Positions 6,964 through 17,483 are shown, counted from the first letter of the stretch. The stretch: DNA of 28,413 bases from Armatimonadota bacterium (GCA_052386995.1 JBQTJP010000156.1:1-28413); one strand, 5' to 3'. Notes: generated from the sequence alone by a model not told the origin. Translations and numbers: made by a program.

Positions 6964-6981
6964 CAATATATCTTCAACGCC

Positions 6982-7401
6982 CTAAAGCAGTCCTCGTCGC
7001 CGCAGAGCATCGTGCGTCGTGGCCATGCAGGTATTCATCACGACTTTCAGCCCCGCCGCGCGTACGCGGGCTGCCGCGGCCTCGTGAGAGATGCCGAGCT
7101 GCATCCACACGACTTTGGCCTTGACGGCAATCGCGTCTTCCACGATCTGGGGCACGTGCTCGGGCCGGCGGAAAATCTGGACGACGTCCACGGGCGCGGG
7201 GACGTCCCGGAGGCCGGCGAAGGCCCTCTCGCCCAGCGCCTCGGTGATGTTCGGGTTGACGGGAATGATCCGGTATCCCTCGTCCTTCAGGTAGCCGGCG
7301 ACCTCATGGCTGGGCCGGAACGGCTTGTCGGACAGGCCGACGACCGCGATCGTCTTGCTTGTCGCCAGGATCTCCCGTGCTGTTTCGAGTTCCGGCTCCA
7401 T
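6982..7401 (-). CDS. CoA-binding protein (YccU/YneT-like)
   Basis: TIAVVGLSDKPFRPS, GYRIIPVNP, VDVVQIFR, VVWMQLGI, VVMNTCM. Confidence 0.92.
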   Translation of the reverse strand: MEPELETAREILATSKTIAVVGLSDKPFRPSHEVAGYLKDEGYRIIPVNPNITEALGERAFAGLRDVPAPVDVVQIFRRPEHVPQIVEDAIAVKAKVVWMQLGISHEAAAARVRAAGLKVVMNTCMATTHDALRRRGLL

Positions 7402-7414
7402 GTGCGGCCACAGA

Positions 7415-7648
7415 TCAAAGCGCCAGGAGCTGTTCGAGCTTGGTCTTGTTGAAGCCCACGACCACCTCGCCGTCGATAACAGTGACCGGCGTAGCCGAGT
7501 AGCCCATAGCCGTCAGCTCCTCCATGGCTCGATCATCGGTACTGATATCTTTTTCGATGAACGCGACGCTTTTCTGGCGAAGGAACTCCTTCAGCCTGCC
7601 GCAAAACAGTCAGCCCGGCTGCGCATACACGATCACAGATGTGGCCAC
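7415..7648 (-). CDS. Glutaredoxin/NrdH-like selenoprotein, UxxC active site (77 aa)
   Basis: GGAG RBS, GTG 7648; MATSVIVYAQPG-UGA-LFCGRLKEFLRQKSVAFIEKDISTDDRAMEELTAMGYSATPVTVIDGEVVVGFNKTKLEQLLAL; TGA (7610-7612) sits exactly at first Cys of CxxC; cis-Pro TP and GF motifs intact. Confidence 0.88.
7576..7596 (-). promoter_or_regulatory. Bacterial SECIS-like stem-loop
   Basis: RNA GGC-U(bulge)-GAAGG-[AGUU]-CCUUC-GCC; apical loop starts 22 nt after UGA, G in second loop position. Confidence 0.7.
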
Positions 7649-7659
7649 GATCTTCTCCC

Positions 7660-10098
7660 TTACGCGCGCTCCCGCGGTCCGACGGCCTCTCCGCCGTGAT
7701 TGTAGCCTTTCTTGAGCGCATCGAGACTGAAGTGGAGGCGTTCGGCCAGTTGCTCGAGCGCCACGCGATCTTTATCGGGTACGCTGGCCAGGCGGGGGGC
7801 CAGCAGGATCTGGAACAGGTTCTGCGCCTGCCACAAATTCACCGTGATGCCGGCGTCGCGGGCGAAGTCGAGCGTGCGTTGGACCTCCGCCACGTTTTCC
7901 AGAACGAAGAGTCCATCGGCATCGCGCAGATGCCGCTCGATCCGATCACGGATCAACGGCTCGAACGTATCCTGCGGCAACGCGATCCCCCATGAGCGCG
8001 CCTCGGCCACGGCGTCCCACGCCGTGACACTCAGGACGCCCGGCGCGCCCAGCCCCCGCCGCACGTCGAGGAACAGGATGAACTCCGCCGCGACCATGAA
8101 CTCTCGCGGCAGCGGAACGTCGGCGTCGCGCACCGCCGCCATCAGCCCACGGCTTTCGTGAAAAAGCCGGCGGTAGGATGCCTCCAGGCGCTGCACGGTC
8201 TCCTCGGAGAGCCGCGCCAGCACCTGGCGCCGTTCGTCCGTGAACAGGTCCCGGAGACTGTAGAACTGCCGGCCGAAGATGTCGTCCATCTGGCGGACGA
8301 CCTCGGTCACGGTGCTTCCTTCGAAGACGCCGGCAAGACCGTCGGCAAAAGCTCGGTGCCGCAGGTCATCCCAGCCCACTTCGACGCAGCAATGGATGTC
8401 CGTGCCCCCAACGTGGATGACCGCGTACGAGACGTTGTGCGCCTCGGCGGTGACCGTGGCGGTGATGGTCACGCGGCCGATGATGAGAGAATGCGGGCCA
8501 CGCACGAAGCGCTGTCCTTCCCGCCGCGCAATCCGGTAGGCGTAGAGATCGGTCTGGTCGGGATAGTCCGTAAACAACGAGGTGATCGCGTAGTGCGCGG
8601 CCACCCGGCGCAGATCGACGGCGGCGGGTTGCACCAGCCGATGGTGGACGGCTGCCCCATCGGGATAGGCGGGCAGATTGCTCTCGGCCGGCCGCAGGCG
8701 ATCGACGAACGCCGCCTCCAGCACGCGGCCGCGCTGGCCGGCGATCTGCGTGACGCGCGCCGCGTGACGGAGGACCTGGACAGTCTCGATGCCGGAGAGC
8801 TCATCGAAGAACCAGCCGTCGGAGGTGAACATCAGCATCGCGTGCCGCTGCATTTCCAGGAGCCGCAGCGCCGCGGTCCGATCGTCCGCATGGCCGGGGC
8901 GGAGAGCCTGCATGGACAGGAAGCGGCGGACCGAGACGTCGCTGCGATCAAGGATGACATCGATGTACGCATCTCTCGCCGCCCAGGGATCATAGAAGAG
9001 CTCCGCGCCGGCTTCCTCGAAGAGCGCGTCGGCTTCGGCCTTCAGCCAGTCGAGCGCTTCGCGCAGAGGCGCGCGCCACCGCTGGTGCCAGTCGGATCGC
9101 GTCCGGCACCCACAATCCGCACGCCAGCGCTCGACGCCGTGGGCGCACGACCACGAGGTGAAATCGTGGACCTCCACTTCGTGGGTCGGCGAATAGTCGT
9201 CGAGAAACGCCTCGTAGTTTGTGAACTCTCCCCCGCGCGCCTCGATCGTCGCCACGGCATACGCAAGCGCCATCTCGCCGTACGAATGGTGATGCCCGTA
9301 CGTCTCGCCGTCGTTGGCCACGTGGACGAGCCGGCCTTCGGCCTCGGCTCCTTCGCCCGCCAGTCCCAGAAGGTGGTTGGCCAGCCGCTCCCCGCTCTCC
9401 AGAAGTGAACCAAACGCGATCTCGCGGGCGGCCGCGCGCTGATAGAAGAAGACGGCAATCTGCCGGCCCGGCGCCGTGGTGCAGCGGTAGGCGCGCGTCA
9501 CGTCGAGCAGGTCGGGGAGCGCGTCGATCCAGTCACCCGACGGAAGCGCGCGCACGCGTGCGGCCTGGTGGGGGGAGAGGATCGTGAACGCGATGCCGCA
9601 CGCCGCCAGCACATCCAGCGTCGCGCGATCGACCGCGCACTCGGGGAGCCACATCCCGGCGGGCCGGCGGCGGAATCGATGCGCGAAATCCGCGATGCCC
9701 CAGCGGACCTGCGTCATCTTGTCCCGCTCAGATGCGAGCGGCATGATCATGTGATTGTAGGGCTGTGCGATCGCGTTTCCATACCCGAGCGCGGCCAGGC
9801 TCTGCCGGTCGGCCTCCAGAATTTGCGCGTACAGACTTGGCGCGCTCTGCTCGATCCACCGGGCCAGGGTTGGCCCGACGTTGAACGAGATCGTGGCGTA
9901 GTTGTTGACGATGCGGTCGATCCGACCCCCGGCGTCCAGAATGCGCGCCGCGGCGTTCGGCGCGTAACACTCTGTCGCGATGCGCGCGTTCCAGTCGTGG
10001 GCCGGCGCCGCCGAGTCGTCGATCTCGATCGCTTCCAGCCATGGGTGCTCTCGTGCCGGCTGATAGAAATGGCCGTGGATGCAGAACAGCGCGCTCAC
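7660..10098 (-). CDS. GH57 glycoside hydrolase with DUF3536-type domain (812 aa)
   Basis: IHGHFYQP.RE.PW, GMWLPE, NDGETYGHHH, SWSCAHGVERW, MFTSDGWFFDE; GTG 10098 overlaps glgC stop (GTGA). Confidence 0.9.
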   Translation of the reverse strand: MSALFCIHGHFYQPAREHPWLEAIEIDDSAAPAHDWNARIATECYAPNAAARILDAGGRIDRIVNNYATISFNVGPTLARWIEQSAPSLYAQILEADRQSLAALGYGNAIAQPYNHMIMPLASERDKMTQVRWGIADFAHRFRRRPAGMWLPECAVDRATLDVLAACGIAFTILSPHQAARVRALPSGDWIDALPDLLDVTRAYRCTTAPGRQIAVFFYQRAAAREIAFGSLLESGERLANHLLGLAGEGAEAEGRLVHVANDGETYGHHHSYGEMALAYAVATIEARGGEFTNYEAFLDDYSPTHEVEVHDFTSWSCAHGVERWRADCGCRTRSDWHQRWRAPLREALDWLKAEADALFEEAGAELFYDPWAARDAYIDVILDRSDVSVRRFLSMQALRPGHADDRTAALRLLEMQRHAMLMFTSDGWFFDELSGIETVQVLRHAARVTQIAGQRGRVLEAAFVDRLRPAESNLPAYPDGAAVHHRLVQPAAVDLRRVAAHYAITSLFTDYPDQTDLYAYRIARREGQRFVRGPHSLIIGRVTITATVTAEAHNVSYAVIHVGGTDIHCCVEVGWDDLRHRAFADGLAGVFEGSTVTEVVRQMDDIFGRQFYSLRDLFTDERRQVLARLSEETVQRLEASYRRLFHESRGLMAAVRDADVPLPREFMVAAEFILFLDVRRGLGAPGVLSVTAWDAVAEARSWGIALPQDTFEPLIRDRIERHLRDADGLFVLENVAEVQRTLDFARDAGITVNLWQAQNLFQILLAPRLASVPDKDRVALEQLAERLHFSLDALKKGYNHGGEAVGPRERA

Positions 10099-11327
10099 GA
10101 GGTGTAGCGGGTCTGGCCTCGCGGAAGCACGACGATGCCGGAGGGATCGACCTGAAAGCGCTGCGCGTCGCGGAGCGGGTCGAATCCGATCGTCTCGCCG
10201 TCCGCGACCACGTTGTAACGGTCGAGGATCACGCGGCAAAGCCGCGCGCCGGCGCCAACCGTAGAGTAATCCATCACGATCGATTCCTCGACCGCGGCGC
10301 CCCGCCCGATCTTCACGCCGCGCCCGATGATCGACCGGCGGACCGTCGCTTCTTCGATCCGGCTTCCCTCGCCGATCAGCGAGTCGGTCACGGCGCCGCC
10401 GATCATGTGCGCGGCCGGCCCGCCGTACGCCGAGGTGAGGATTGGCCACTGCGGGTTGTCGAGATCGAACCGGGGGGTGGCGCCCAGCAGGTCCATGTGC
10501 GCCTGCCAGTACGCCGAGAGCGTGCCCACGTCACGCCAGTACCCGTGTTCCTCGTAGTGCTGCCGCCCGGGGATCTCGTTGCTCATGAAGTCATACGCGA
10601 AGACGCCGGAATACGGAAAGAGCTCGGGGATGATCGTCCGCCCGAAGTCGTGGTCGGTGCTCCGGCGCGCATCCTCGATCAGGGTCTCCACCAGGAGATC
10701 GCGGTTGAAGATATAGTTCCCCATCGAAGACAGCGCCCGCCCTGGATCGTCTACCATTGGTTTGGGCGTCGCCGGCTTCTCCTCAAAGCCACGGATGCGG
10801 CCGTCGGCATCGGCTTCGATGATGCCAAACCCGGACGCGTCTTCCACCGGCACTGGCAGCGCGGCCACCGTGGCCTGGGCGTCTCGCTCGAGGTGGAACG
10901 CGAGCATCTGGTTGATGTCCATGCGGTAGATGTGGTCGGCGCCGAACACCATCACGATGTCCGGATCGAAGTCACGCAGCAAATTCAGGTTCTGGTAGAT
11001 GGCATCCGCCGTGCCACGGTACCACGACTCGCCCCAGCGCATTTGCGGGGGCACCGCGATCACAAAATGGTCGGGGAGGCCGCCAAACCGCCAGCCCATC
11101 CGCAGGTGCTCGATGAGCGATTGCGCTTTGTACTGCACCAGGGCGTAGATCGCGTGAATGCCCGAGTTCACAAAGTTCGACAGGACGAAGTCGACGATGC
11201 GGTATTTGCCGCCAAACGGGATCGCCGGCTTGCCGCGCTCGCGCGTCAGCGGCTGCAGGCGATCCCCGCGCCCGCCGGCCAGGATGAACCCCAAAATGCG
11301 GTGCCGGGTGACGCGCCCCCTCGCCAT
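10095..11327 (-). CDS. glgC: Glucose-1-phosphate adenylyltransferase
   Basis: LAGGRGDRLQPLT..R.KPAIPFGGKYRIVDF.LSN, GTADAIYQN, ADHIYRMD, FEEKP, SMGNYIF, YWRDVGT. Confidence 0.96.
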   Translation of the reverse strand: MARGRVTRHRILGFILAGGRGDRLQPLTRERGKPAIPFGGKYRIVDFVLSNFVNSGIHAIYALVQYKAQSLIEHLRMGWRFGGLPDHFVIAVPPQMRWGESWYRGTADAIYQNLNLLRDFDPDIVMVFGADHIYRMDINQMLAFHLERDAQATVAALPVPVEDASGFGIIEADADGRIRGFEEKPATPKPMVDDPGRALSSMGNYIFNRDLLVETLIEDARRSTDHDFGRTIIPELFPYSGVFAYDFMSNEIPGRQHYEEHGYWRDVGTLSAYWQAHMDLLGATPRFDLDNPQWPILTSAYGGPAAHMIGGAVTDSLIGEGSRIEEATVRRSIIGRGVKIGRGAAVEESIVMDYSTVGAGARLCRVILDRYNVVADGETIGFDPLRDAQRFQVDPSGIVVLPRGQTRYTS

Positions 11328-13042
11328 CAGGGCGGCCTGACCTCGCGTGAGGCGAGCACGTGATCGACGATATCGGCGAACGGGAAGTCCTGGGCTTCGC
11401 GTGCGGCCAGGAACACCTCATCGCTCTCCTGCACCGGAAGGCCTTCCGCCGTCCGCCGGAAGAGATGCCCCAGGCGGGTGAAATGGGCGTAGTGCTCCGC
11501 GAAACGGCTCTCGGCGTAGTTGCGGGCCGCCTGGGTCGTGATCAGGAACTGCCAGTCGGACGACTGGATGAGCAGCAGCTCACGCGCCAGCTGCGCGAGG
11601 ATCCGCCGCAGCATCGGGTGCGCCTCCCACGCGACTCCCGCGGCCAGCGTCCAGAAATCCTCTTCGGCCGCGTACGCCATATCCCAGGTCCACTCGGTTT
11701 CGCGGTTGAGCCAGACGCGATGATCACCGCCTTCCCCCCACGAGCCTTCGAGCAGCGTGATGGCTTCCGCCGGCGGGTGCGCGTCGAGATAGCCGCCGAG
11801 CGTCTCTACGGCGATGCCGTGTTGTGGCAGCAGTGAGAGGATCTCGCTCAGGAAGGTCGGCCCTTCGAACCACCAGTGGCCAAACAGCTCGGTGTCGTAC
11901 GGGTTGCAGGACATCGCGGGATGGTGCGCCTTCGCGGCCTCGGCGTCGAGCATGCTGACGATCAGGTCGGCGAAGTGCGCGGCGTGACTCCGCGCCCCCT
12001 GATGGGCCGTCTCAGGATCGTAGATGAGCTTTGCACCCAGATCGCTCTTCGGGTCGGTCACGCGCCAGTAGCGGATGCCCCCGGGAAAATGCTTCTTGTG
12101 AAACTCGAGATATGACCCGTCGCCGGGATATCCCACCTCGCGGCTCCAGACCTGCAGCGTGGTCTGCGGGTCGCGGGTGAATGCCACGGCCTCACCGACG
12201 CCGCCGCGCGAGGCGATGACGTACGGCCGGTACGGCGTGCGCTCCCGGCGATAGGTCGGATGCTCGGCGCCGGAGACCGCGCGCAGCGCCGGGTAGTAGT
12301 CGCGATACGCCGACAACGGCTCGCCGCCGCGCAGCAGATGCGCGTCGGTGATGAAGTACTCCAGCCGGTGCGCGGCCAGAAACTCTTCGATGCCGCGCCT
12401 GCGCCGGCGCACTTTGCCTCGCAGCGGGCCGGCCGGCGGCGTCCACTCATAGCGCGCACGGTAGCCGCATTCAGGCAGCCACACCCCGCGCGGCGCCGCG
12501 CCGAAGTGCCGGGCGTGCGTCGCCTTGCCGACACGTAGATGCAGATCGATCGACTCCTCGCGCGCCAGCAGCGGCAGGTACCCGTGCGTTGCCGCCGATG
12601 TGATGAGCTCGAGCGTCCCCGCGGCCGCGAGGCGCCTGAACACGCCCAGGATGTCGCCGTTCAGCGCAGTGAACTGCTCGAGCAGATGCCGGTAGGTGCG
12701 ATCCCAGAAGAGGGTGAGGTCGGCAAGCGCTGTCTGGCCGGTCGCTTCGAAGTGCGCGCGGTTCTCCGCGGCCGATTCGAGCCGCTGGCGAAGGAACGTT
12801 TCGATCTCCGGCGGATACGACGGGTGCGCAAGCTGCTCGCAGAGGATCGGCGAGAGGTTGATCGACAGCGGGGTCCGGGATCCTCCGGCGGGGAGGCGCT
12901 CGAACTGCTCGATGAGCGGGAGGTAGCAGCCGATCGTTACTTCGGAGAGCCAGTCGCTGCCGTGTGGCCACCGCCCATGCCCAAGAACCAGGGGCAGGTG
13001 CGAGTGGAGAATCAGAAGAAAGTGCCCGCGGGGAGGGGCCAT
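11327..13042 (-). CDS. GH57 1,4-alpha-glucan branching enzyme (DUF1957-type)
   Basis: HSHLP..GHGRWPHG..WL, ATHGYLPL, GVWLPEC, YDTELFGHWWFEG, SWGEGG, SSDWQF. Confidence 0.92.
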   Translation of the reverse strand: MAPPRGHFLLILHSHLPLVLGHGRWPHGSDWLSEVTIGCYLPLIEQFERLPAGGSRTPLSINLSPILCEQLAHPSYPPEIETFLRQRLESAAENRAHFEATGQTALADLTLFWDRTYRHLLEQFTALNGDILGVFRRLAAAGTLELITSAATHGYLPLLAREESIDLHLRVGKATHARHFGAAPRGVWLPECGYRARYEWTPPAGPLRGKVRRRRRGIEEFLAAHRLEYFITDAHLLRGGEPLSAYRDYYPALRAVSGAEHPTYRRERTPYRPYVIASRGGVGEAVAFTRDPQTTLQVWSREVGYPGDGSYLEFHKKHFPGGIRYWRVTDPKSDLGAKLIYDPETAHQGARSHAAHFADLIVSMLDAEAAKAHHPAMSCNPYDTELFGHWWFEGPTFLSEILSLLPQHGIAVETLGGYLDAHPPAEAITLLEGSWGEGGDHRVWLNRETEWTWDMAYAAEEDFWTLAAGVAWEAHPMLRRILAQLARELLLIQSSDWQFLITTQAARNYAESRFAEHYAHFTRLGHLFRRTAEGLPVQESDEVFLAAREAQDFPFADIVDHVLASREVRPP

Positions 13043-13103
13043 GACGCCTCCGACTCACTTGGCGTCGGCTGCGAGAAAATCCTCCCGCGTCTTCACGGAC
13101 TGA

Positions 13104-14024
13104 TCAGCGGTGTTGGCGGAACCACTCAACGGTCGCGCGCAGGCCCGCGTCGAGAGACACCTGCAGGGCCCATCCCAGATGCCTCTGTGCGGCGCCTGCC
13201 GCCAGCGTGATATGCCGCACGTCCCCGGGCCGGGGCGGACCGTAGCGGGGCGGGGCCGAGGTCCCCACGGCGGTGGCAAGTTTCTGGTAGAGTGTATTGA
13301 CGTTTGTGGCCTGCCCGGTCCCGATATTGAACCCCCCTTCCGCGCGCCGCTCGGCCGCGAGCATGCTGGCGCGGACCACGTCGTCCACAAAGACAAAGTC
13401 CCGCGTCTGCTCGCCGTCGCCGTGGATCGTCGCCGTCTGACCGGCCAGCAGGGCGTGGGTGAAGATGGCGACCACTCCCGCCTCGCCGTGCGGATCCTGG
13501 CGCGGCCCGTAGACGTTGGCATAACGGAGGCAGCAGCCGCGGAGTCCATAGAGGCGCCCATACAGCGCGACGTAGCCTTCGGCCGCGTGCTTGCTGCATC
13601 CGTAGGGCGAGAGCGGACGGATCGGCGTGTCCTCGTCCGCCGGAAGGCGGTCGGGCTCGCCGTACAGCGCGCCTCCGGTTGAGGCGAAGACGAAGTGCTC
13701 GACGCCGGAAACGCGGCAGAGCTCGAGGAGCTTCAGCGTGCCCACCACGTTGACGTCGGCATCGAATGAGGGATCGGCGACCGACGCGCTGACCGACGCT
13801 TGTGCGGCGTGATGGTTGACCAGCTCAGGGCGCTCCCGCGCGAAGATCTCCCGCAGCGCCGCGTCCCGGATGTCGGCCTGATAGAACCGCGCACGCTGCG
13901 GGATGAACTCGCGCCGGCCGCCGACCAGCGAGTCCACGACGACCACGTCATCGCCGCGCGCGACGTGGGCGTCGGCGATCTGCGAGCCGATGAAGCCGGC
14001 TCCTCCGGTTACGAGCACGCGCAT
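13104..14024 (-). CDS. NAD-dependent epimerase/dehydratase (UDP-glucose 4-epimerase-like)
   Basis: TGGAGFIG, HHAAQ, STGGALYG, YGCSK, RYANVYGPRQ, GEAGVV. Confidence 0.93.
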   Translation of the reverse strand: MRVLVTGGAGFIGSQIADAHVARGDDVVVVDSLVGGRREFIPQRARFYQADIRDAALREIFARERPELVNHHAAQASVSASVADPSFDADVNVVGTLKLLELCRVSGVEHFVFASTGGALYGEPDRLPADEDTPIRPLSPYGCSKHAAEGYVALYGRLYGLRGCCLRYANVYGPRQDPHGEAGVVAIFTHALLAGQTATIHGDGEQTRDFVFVDDVVRASMLAAERRAEGGFNIGTGQATNVNTLYQKLATAVGTSAPPRYGPPRPGDVRHITLAAGAAQRHLGWALQVSLDAGLRATVEWFRQHR

Positions 14025-14045
14025 GAGCCTTCTCTCACCTGGGTG

Positions 14046-14387
14046 TTAGCGGGAGGATCTGCGATCGGCGACACGCTGCGCACGCGCGGCCGCCTTCCGC
14101 CGGACACGAGCCAGCGCGCCCGCCGCGGCGTTGAGCTCGACCAGCGATGCCGCGTCTGCCCGCCACTTGATCTCGCGGAGTGTTTCGGCCGCCGTCATCT
14201 GCGGGGGCGTCCGGGGCGGGGCGCTGCCGTGAAGGCGGAGGTGCCGGGCTGCCTCCAGCGCACGGAGCACCTCGTGCTGCAGGTCGCGCGGCAGCCCCAC
14301 CACCTGGTCACGGATGTGCTGGCGCAGCACGATGAGCCGCCGGAGGTCGTGACCCGAGATCGTACGTGCCCGGGGCAGCGTTGTCAT
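14046..14387 (-). CDS. Hypothetical helical protein (113 aa)
   Basis: Fills the gap upstream of the epimerase on the same strand; amphipathic helical pattern; no recognised motif. Confidence 0.5.
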   Translation of the reverse strand: MTTLPRARTISGHDLRRLIVLRQHIRDQVVGLPRDLQHEVLRALEAARHLRLHGSAPPRTPPQMTAAETLREIKWRADAASLVELNAAAGALARVRRKAAARAQRVADRRSSR

Positions 14388-14485
14388 AGCCGCACCGGAA
14401 TGCTTCGCGCCGTCGTGGTGAGTCCCTCTGTAAGATCGGCGCATCCAGCAAGGGAATCGTGCGCGCGCGACAGAATCCGTCTGCG

Positions 14486-15577
14486 ATGATCCTTGACGAC
14501 CCCCGTGAAATCGCGCGGATCGACGCCGGGGGCATGCGTGATCTGGTCGCCCGCTTCGGCCGCATGACCACCGAGGGGTGGGAGGCCGGCGCCGGTGTTC
14601 CGCTGCCGCCACCCGGGCGCGCGGGAGGCCGCACCGCGGTGGTTGTTGCGGGAATGGGCGGCTCTGCCATCGGCGGAGATCTGCTCCGCTCACTCCTGTC
14701 GCCCGCCGCCGCCGTCCCCGTGATCGTCGTCAGGGACGACCGCCTCCCGGCGTTCGTGGGTACGGAGACGCTGGCGTTCGTCTGCTCGTACTCGGGCGAG
14801 ACCGAGGAAACGCTGGCGACCTACGATGCGGCCCGCGCCGCCGGGGCGTCGATCGTCGCCGTGACCTCGGGTGGGACGCTCGCCGATCGCGCCCGCTCGG
14901 ATGGCTGTGCGACCGTGCGCGTCCCCGCGGGTCTGCCGCCACGCGCGGCGTTGCCGTATCTGTTCCCGTCGATGCTGCGTGTCGTCGCGCGGATGGGGAT
15001 TGCGCGCGTCGATGAGGCCGATGTCCATGAGACGGCGACCGTGCTCTCGAATCTGGCGGGCCGCTGGGGCGCGGCAATCGCGACCGCGGACAATCCGTCC
15101 AAGCAGCTCGCCGTGCGCCTGGTCGGGAGCATTCCGGCAATTTACGCCGCGTCACAGATGACCGCGCCGGCGGCTCAGCGCTGGAAGACGCAGCTCAACG
15201 AGAACAGCAAAATGCCCGCCCTGTGGAACACGTTTCCGGAGCTCGGCCACAACGAGACCGTGGGATGGGCCGGCGCGCCCCCCGGGAGCGAGGGGGGGCC
15301 GTGCGTTGTCATCCTGCGGGATCGCGACGACAGCGAGCGCACCGCGCTCCAGGTCAGCGTGACACGGAGGCTCGCCTTCGGTCGGGCACGCGGCGTCGAG
15401 GAGGTATGGTCGCAAGGCTCCAGCCGCCTGGCGCGATTGCTCTCCCTCGTGCTGGCCGGGGATTTCGTCAGCGTGTATCTCGCGGTGCTGCGCGGCGTGG
15501 ATCCGACGCCGGTCGACGTCATCAGCCGGATGAAACTCGCGATGCAGGAGGCTCAACAGGCGCGCGGAATCGTATAA
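14486..15577 (+). CDS. Bifunctional phosphoglucose/phosphomannose isomerase (SIS fold)
   Basis: GMGGSAIGG, SYSGETEET, TSGG, PRAA, RWKTQLNENSK, PELGHNE, GVDPTPV..I..K. Confidence 0.93.
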   Translation: MILDDPREIARIDAGGMRDLVARFGRMTTEGWEAGAGVPLPPPGRAGGRTAVVVAGMGGSAIGGDLLRSLLSPAAAVPVIVVRDDRLPAFVGTETLAFVCSYSGETEETLATYDAARAAGASIVAVTSGGTLADRARSDGCATVRVPAGLPPRAALPYLFPSMLRVVARMGIARVDEADVHETATVLSNLAGRWGAAIATADNPSKQLAVRLVGSIPAIYAASQMTAPAAQRWKTQLNENSKMPALWNTFPELGHNETVGWAGAPPGSEGGPCVVILRDRDDSERTALQVSVTRRLAFGRARGVEEVWSQGSSRLARLLSLVLAGDFVSVYLAVLRGVDPTPVDVISRMKLAMQEAQQARGIV

Positions 15578-15604
15578 AGACGCACGTGTAGGGCGGAGGC
15601 CAGC

Positions 15605-16705
<1,101 letters not shown>

Positions 16706-16719
16706 TCACGCGGAGGGCC

Positions 16720-17478
16720 TTGGCAAACCGCACCGTCATCGACGAGATCCATCTCGCAGGAGGAGACCGCGGCTGTCTCCTCCTGCACGGTTTCACGGGC
16801 TCGCCGCTGGAGATGGTTCCCATGGCCGAATCTCTTGCCCGCGACGGACTGACGGTGCATGTCGCGCGCCTGGCCGGCCACGGCACTTCCCCGGAGGATC
16901 TGGCCCGCACGTCCTGGCAAGAGTGGATCGACTCGGCCCATCAGGCCCTGCGCGCCCTGCAGGCGCGCTGCCGGATGGTAGCCGTGGGCGGGCTGTCGAT
17001 GGGAGGGGCGATCGCGCTGCATCTGGCCGCCACCGTGCCACTCGACGCCGTGGTCGCGATGGCCACGCCCGTGCGCCTCCGTCCGTTGTTCCACCGCCTG
17101 GCGCGCGTGGCCCACCCCGTCATGCCGTACGCGCCGGTGATGCGGCGCGTGGGCCCGCGCTCGCCCGATGTCCTGCCCTATCGGGCGTCGTACCCACGCA
17201 TTCCGCTGGGCGCGATGAGCGAGCTCTCCGGGCTCTTCGACAGGATGCGCGAGCTGCTGCCAGCCGTTCGCGCCCCCCTGCTGGTCGCGCAGGGCCGGTG
17301 GGACTGGGCGGTTCCGTCGGAAAGCGCTCAGGTCATCTACTCTCGCGTGGCCTCCCCGGTGCGGCGGCTGCTCTGGCTGCCCCACTCCGGCCACCTGGTC
17401 ACGCTGGATCGCGATCGCGGGCACCTGTTTGCCGAGGTGCGCCGCTTCCTGGCGGCGCATCTTCCCGCGCCGGCATAG
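16720..17478 (+). CDS. Alpha/beta hydrolase, carboxylesterase/monoacylglycerol lipase-like
   Basis: LLHGFTGSP, GHGT, GLSMGG nucleophile elbow, D..V and SGH; TTG start with GGAGG RBS. Confidence 0.9.
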   Translation: MANRTVIDEIHLAGGDRGCLLLHGFTGSPLEMVPMAESLARDGLTVHVARLAGHGTSPEDLARTSWQEWIDSAHQALRALQARCRMVAVGGLSMGGAIALHLAATVPLDAVVAMATPVRLRPLFHRLARVAHPVMPYAPVMRRVGPRSPDVLPYRASYPRIPLGAMSELSGLFDRMRELLPAVRAPLLVAQGRWDWAVPSESAQVIYSRVASPVRRLLWLPHSGHLVTLDRDRGHLFAEVRRFLAAHLPAPA

Positions 17479-17483
17479 CCGTT

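Noticed and set aside
7415..7648. Glutaredoxin as nonsense pseudogene
   Set aside because: Stop is TGA precisely at the catalytic Cys with a SECIS-like hairpin and otherwise intact gene
10099..10449. Extension of the GH57 ORF to 929 aa
   Set aside because: Lies within glgC; family motif begins right after GTG 10098
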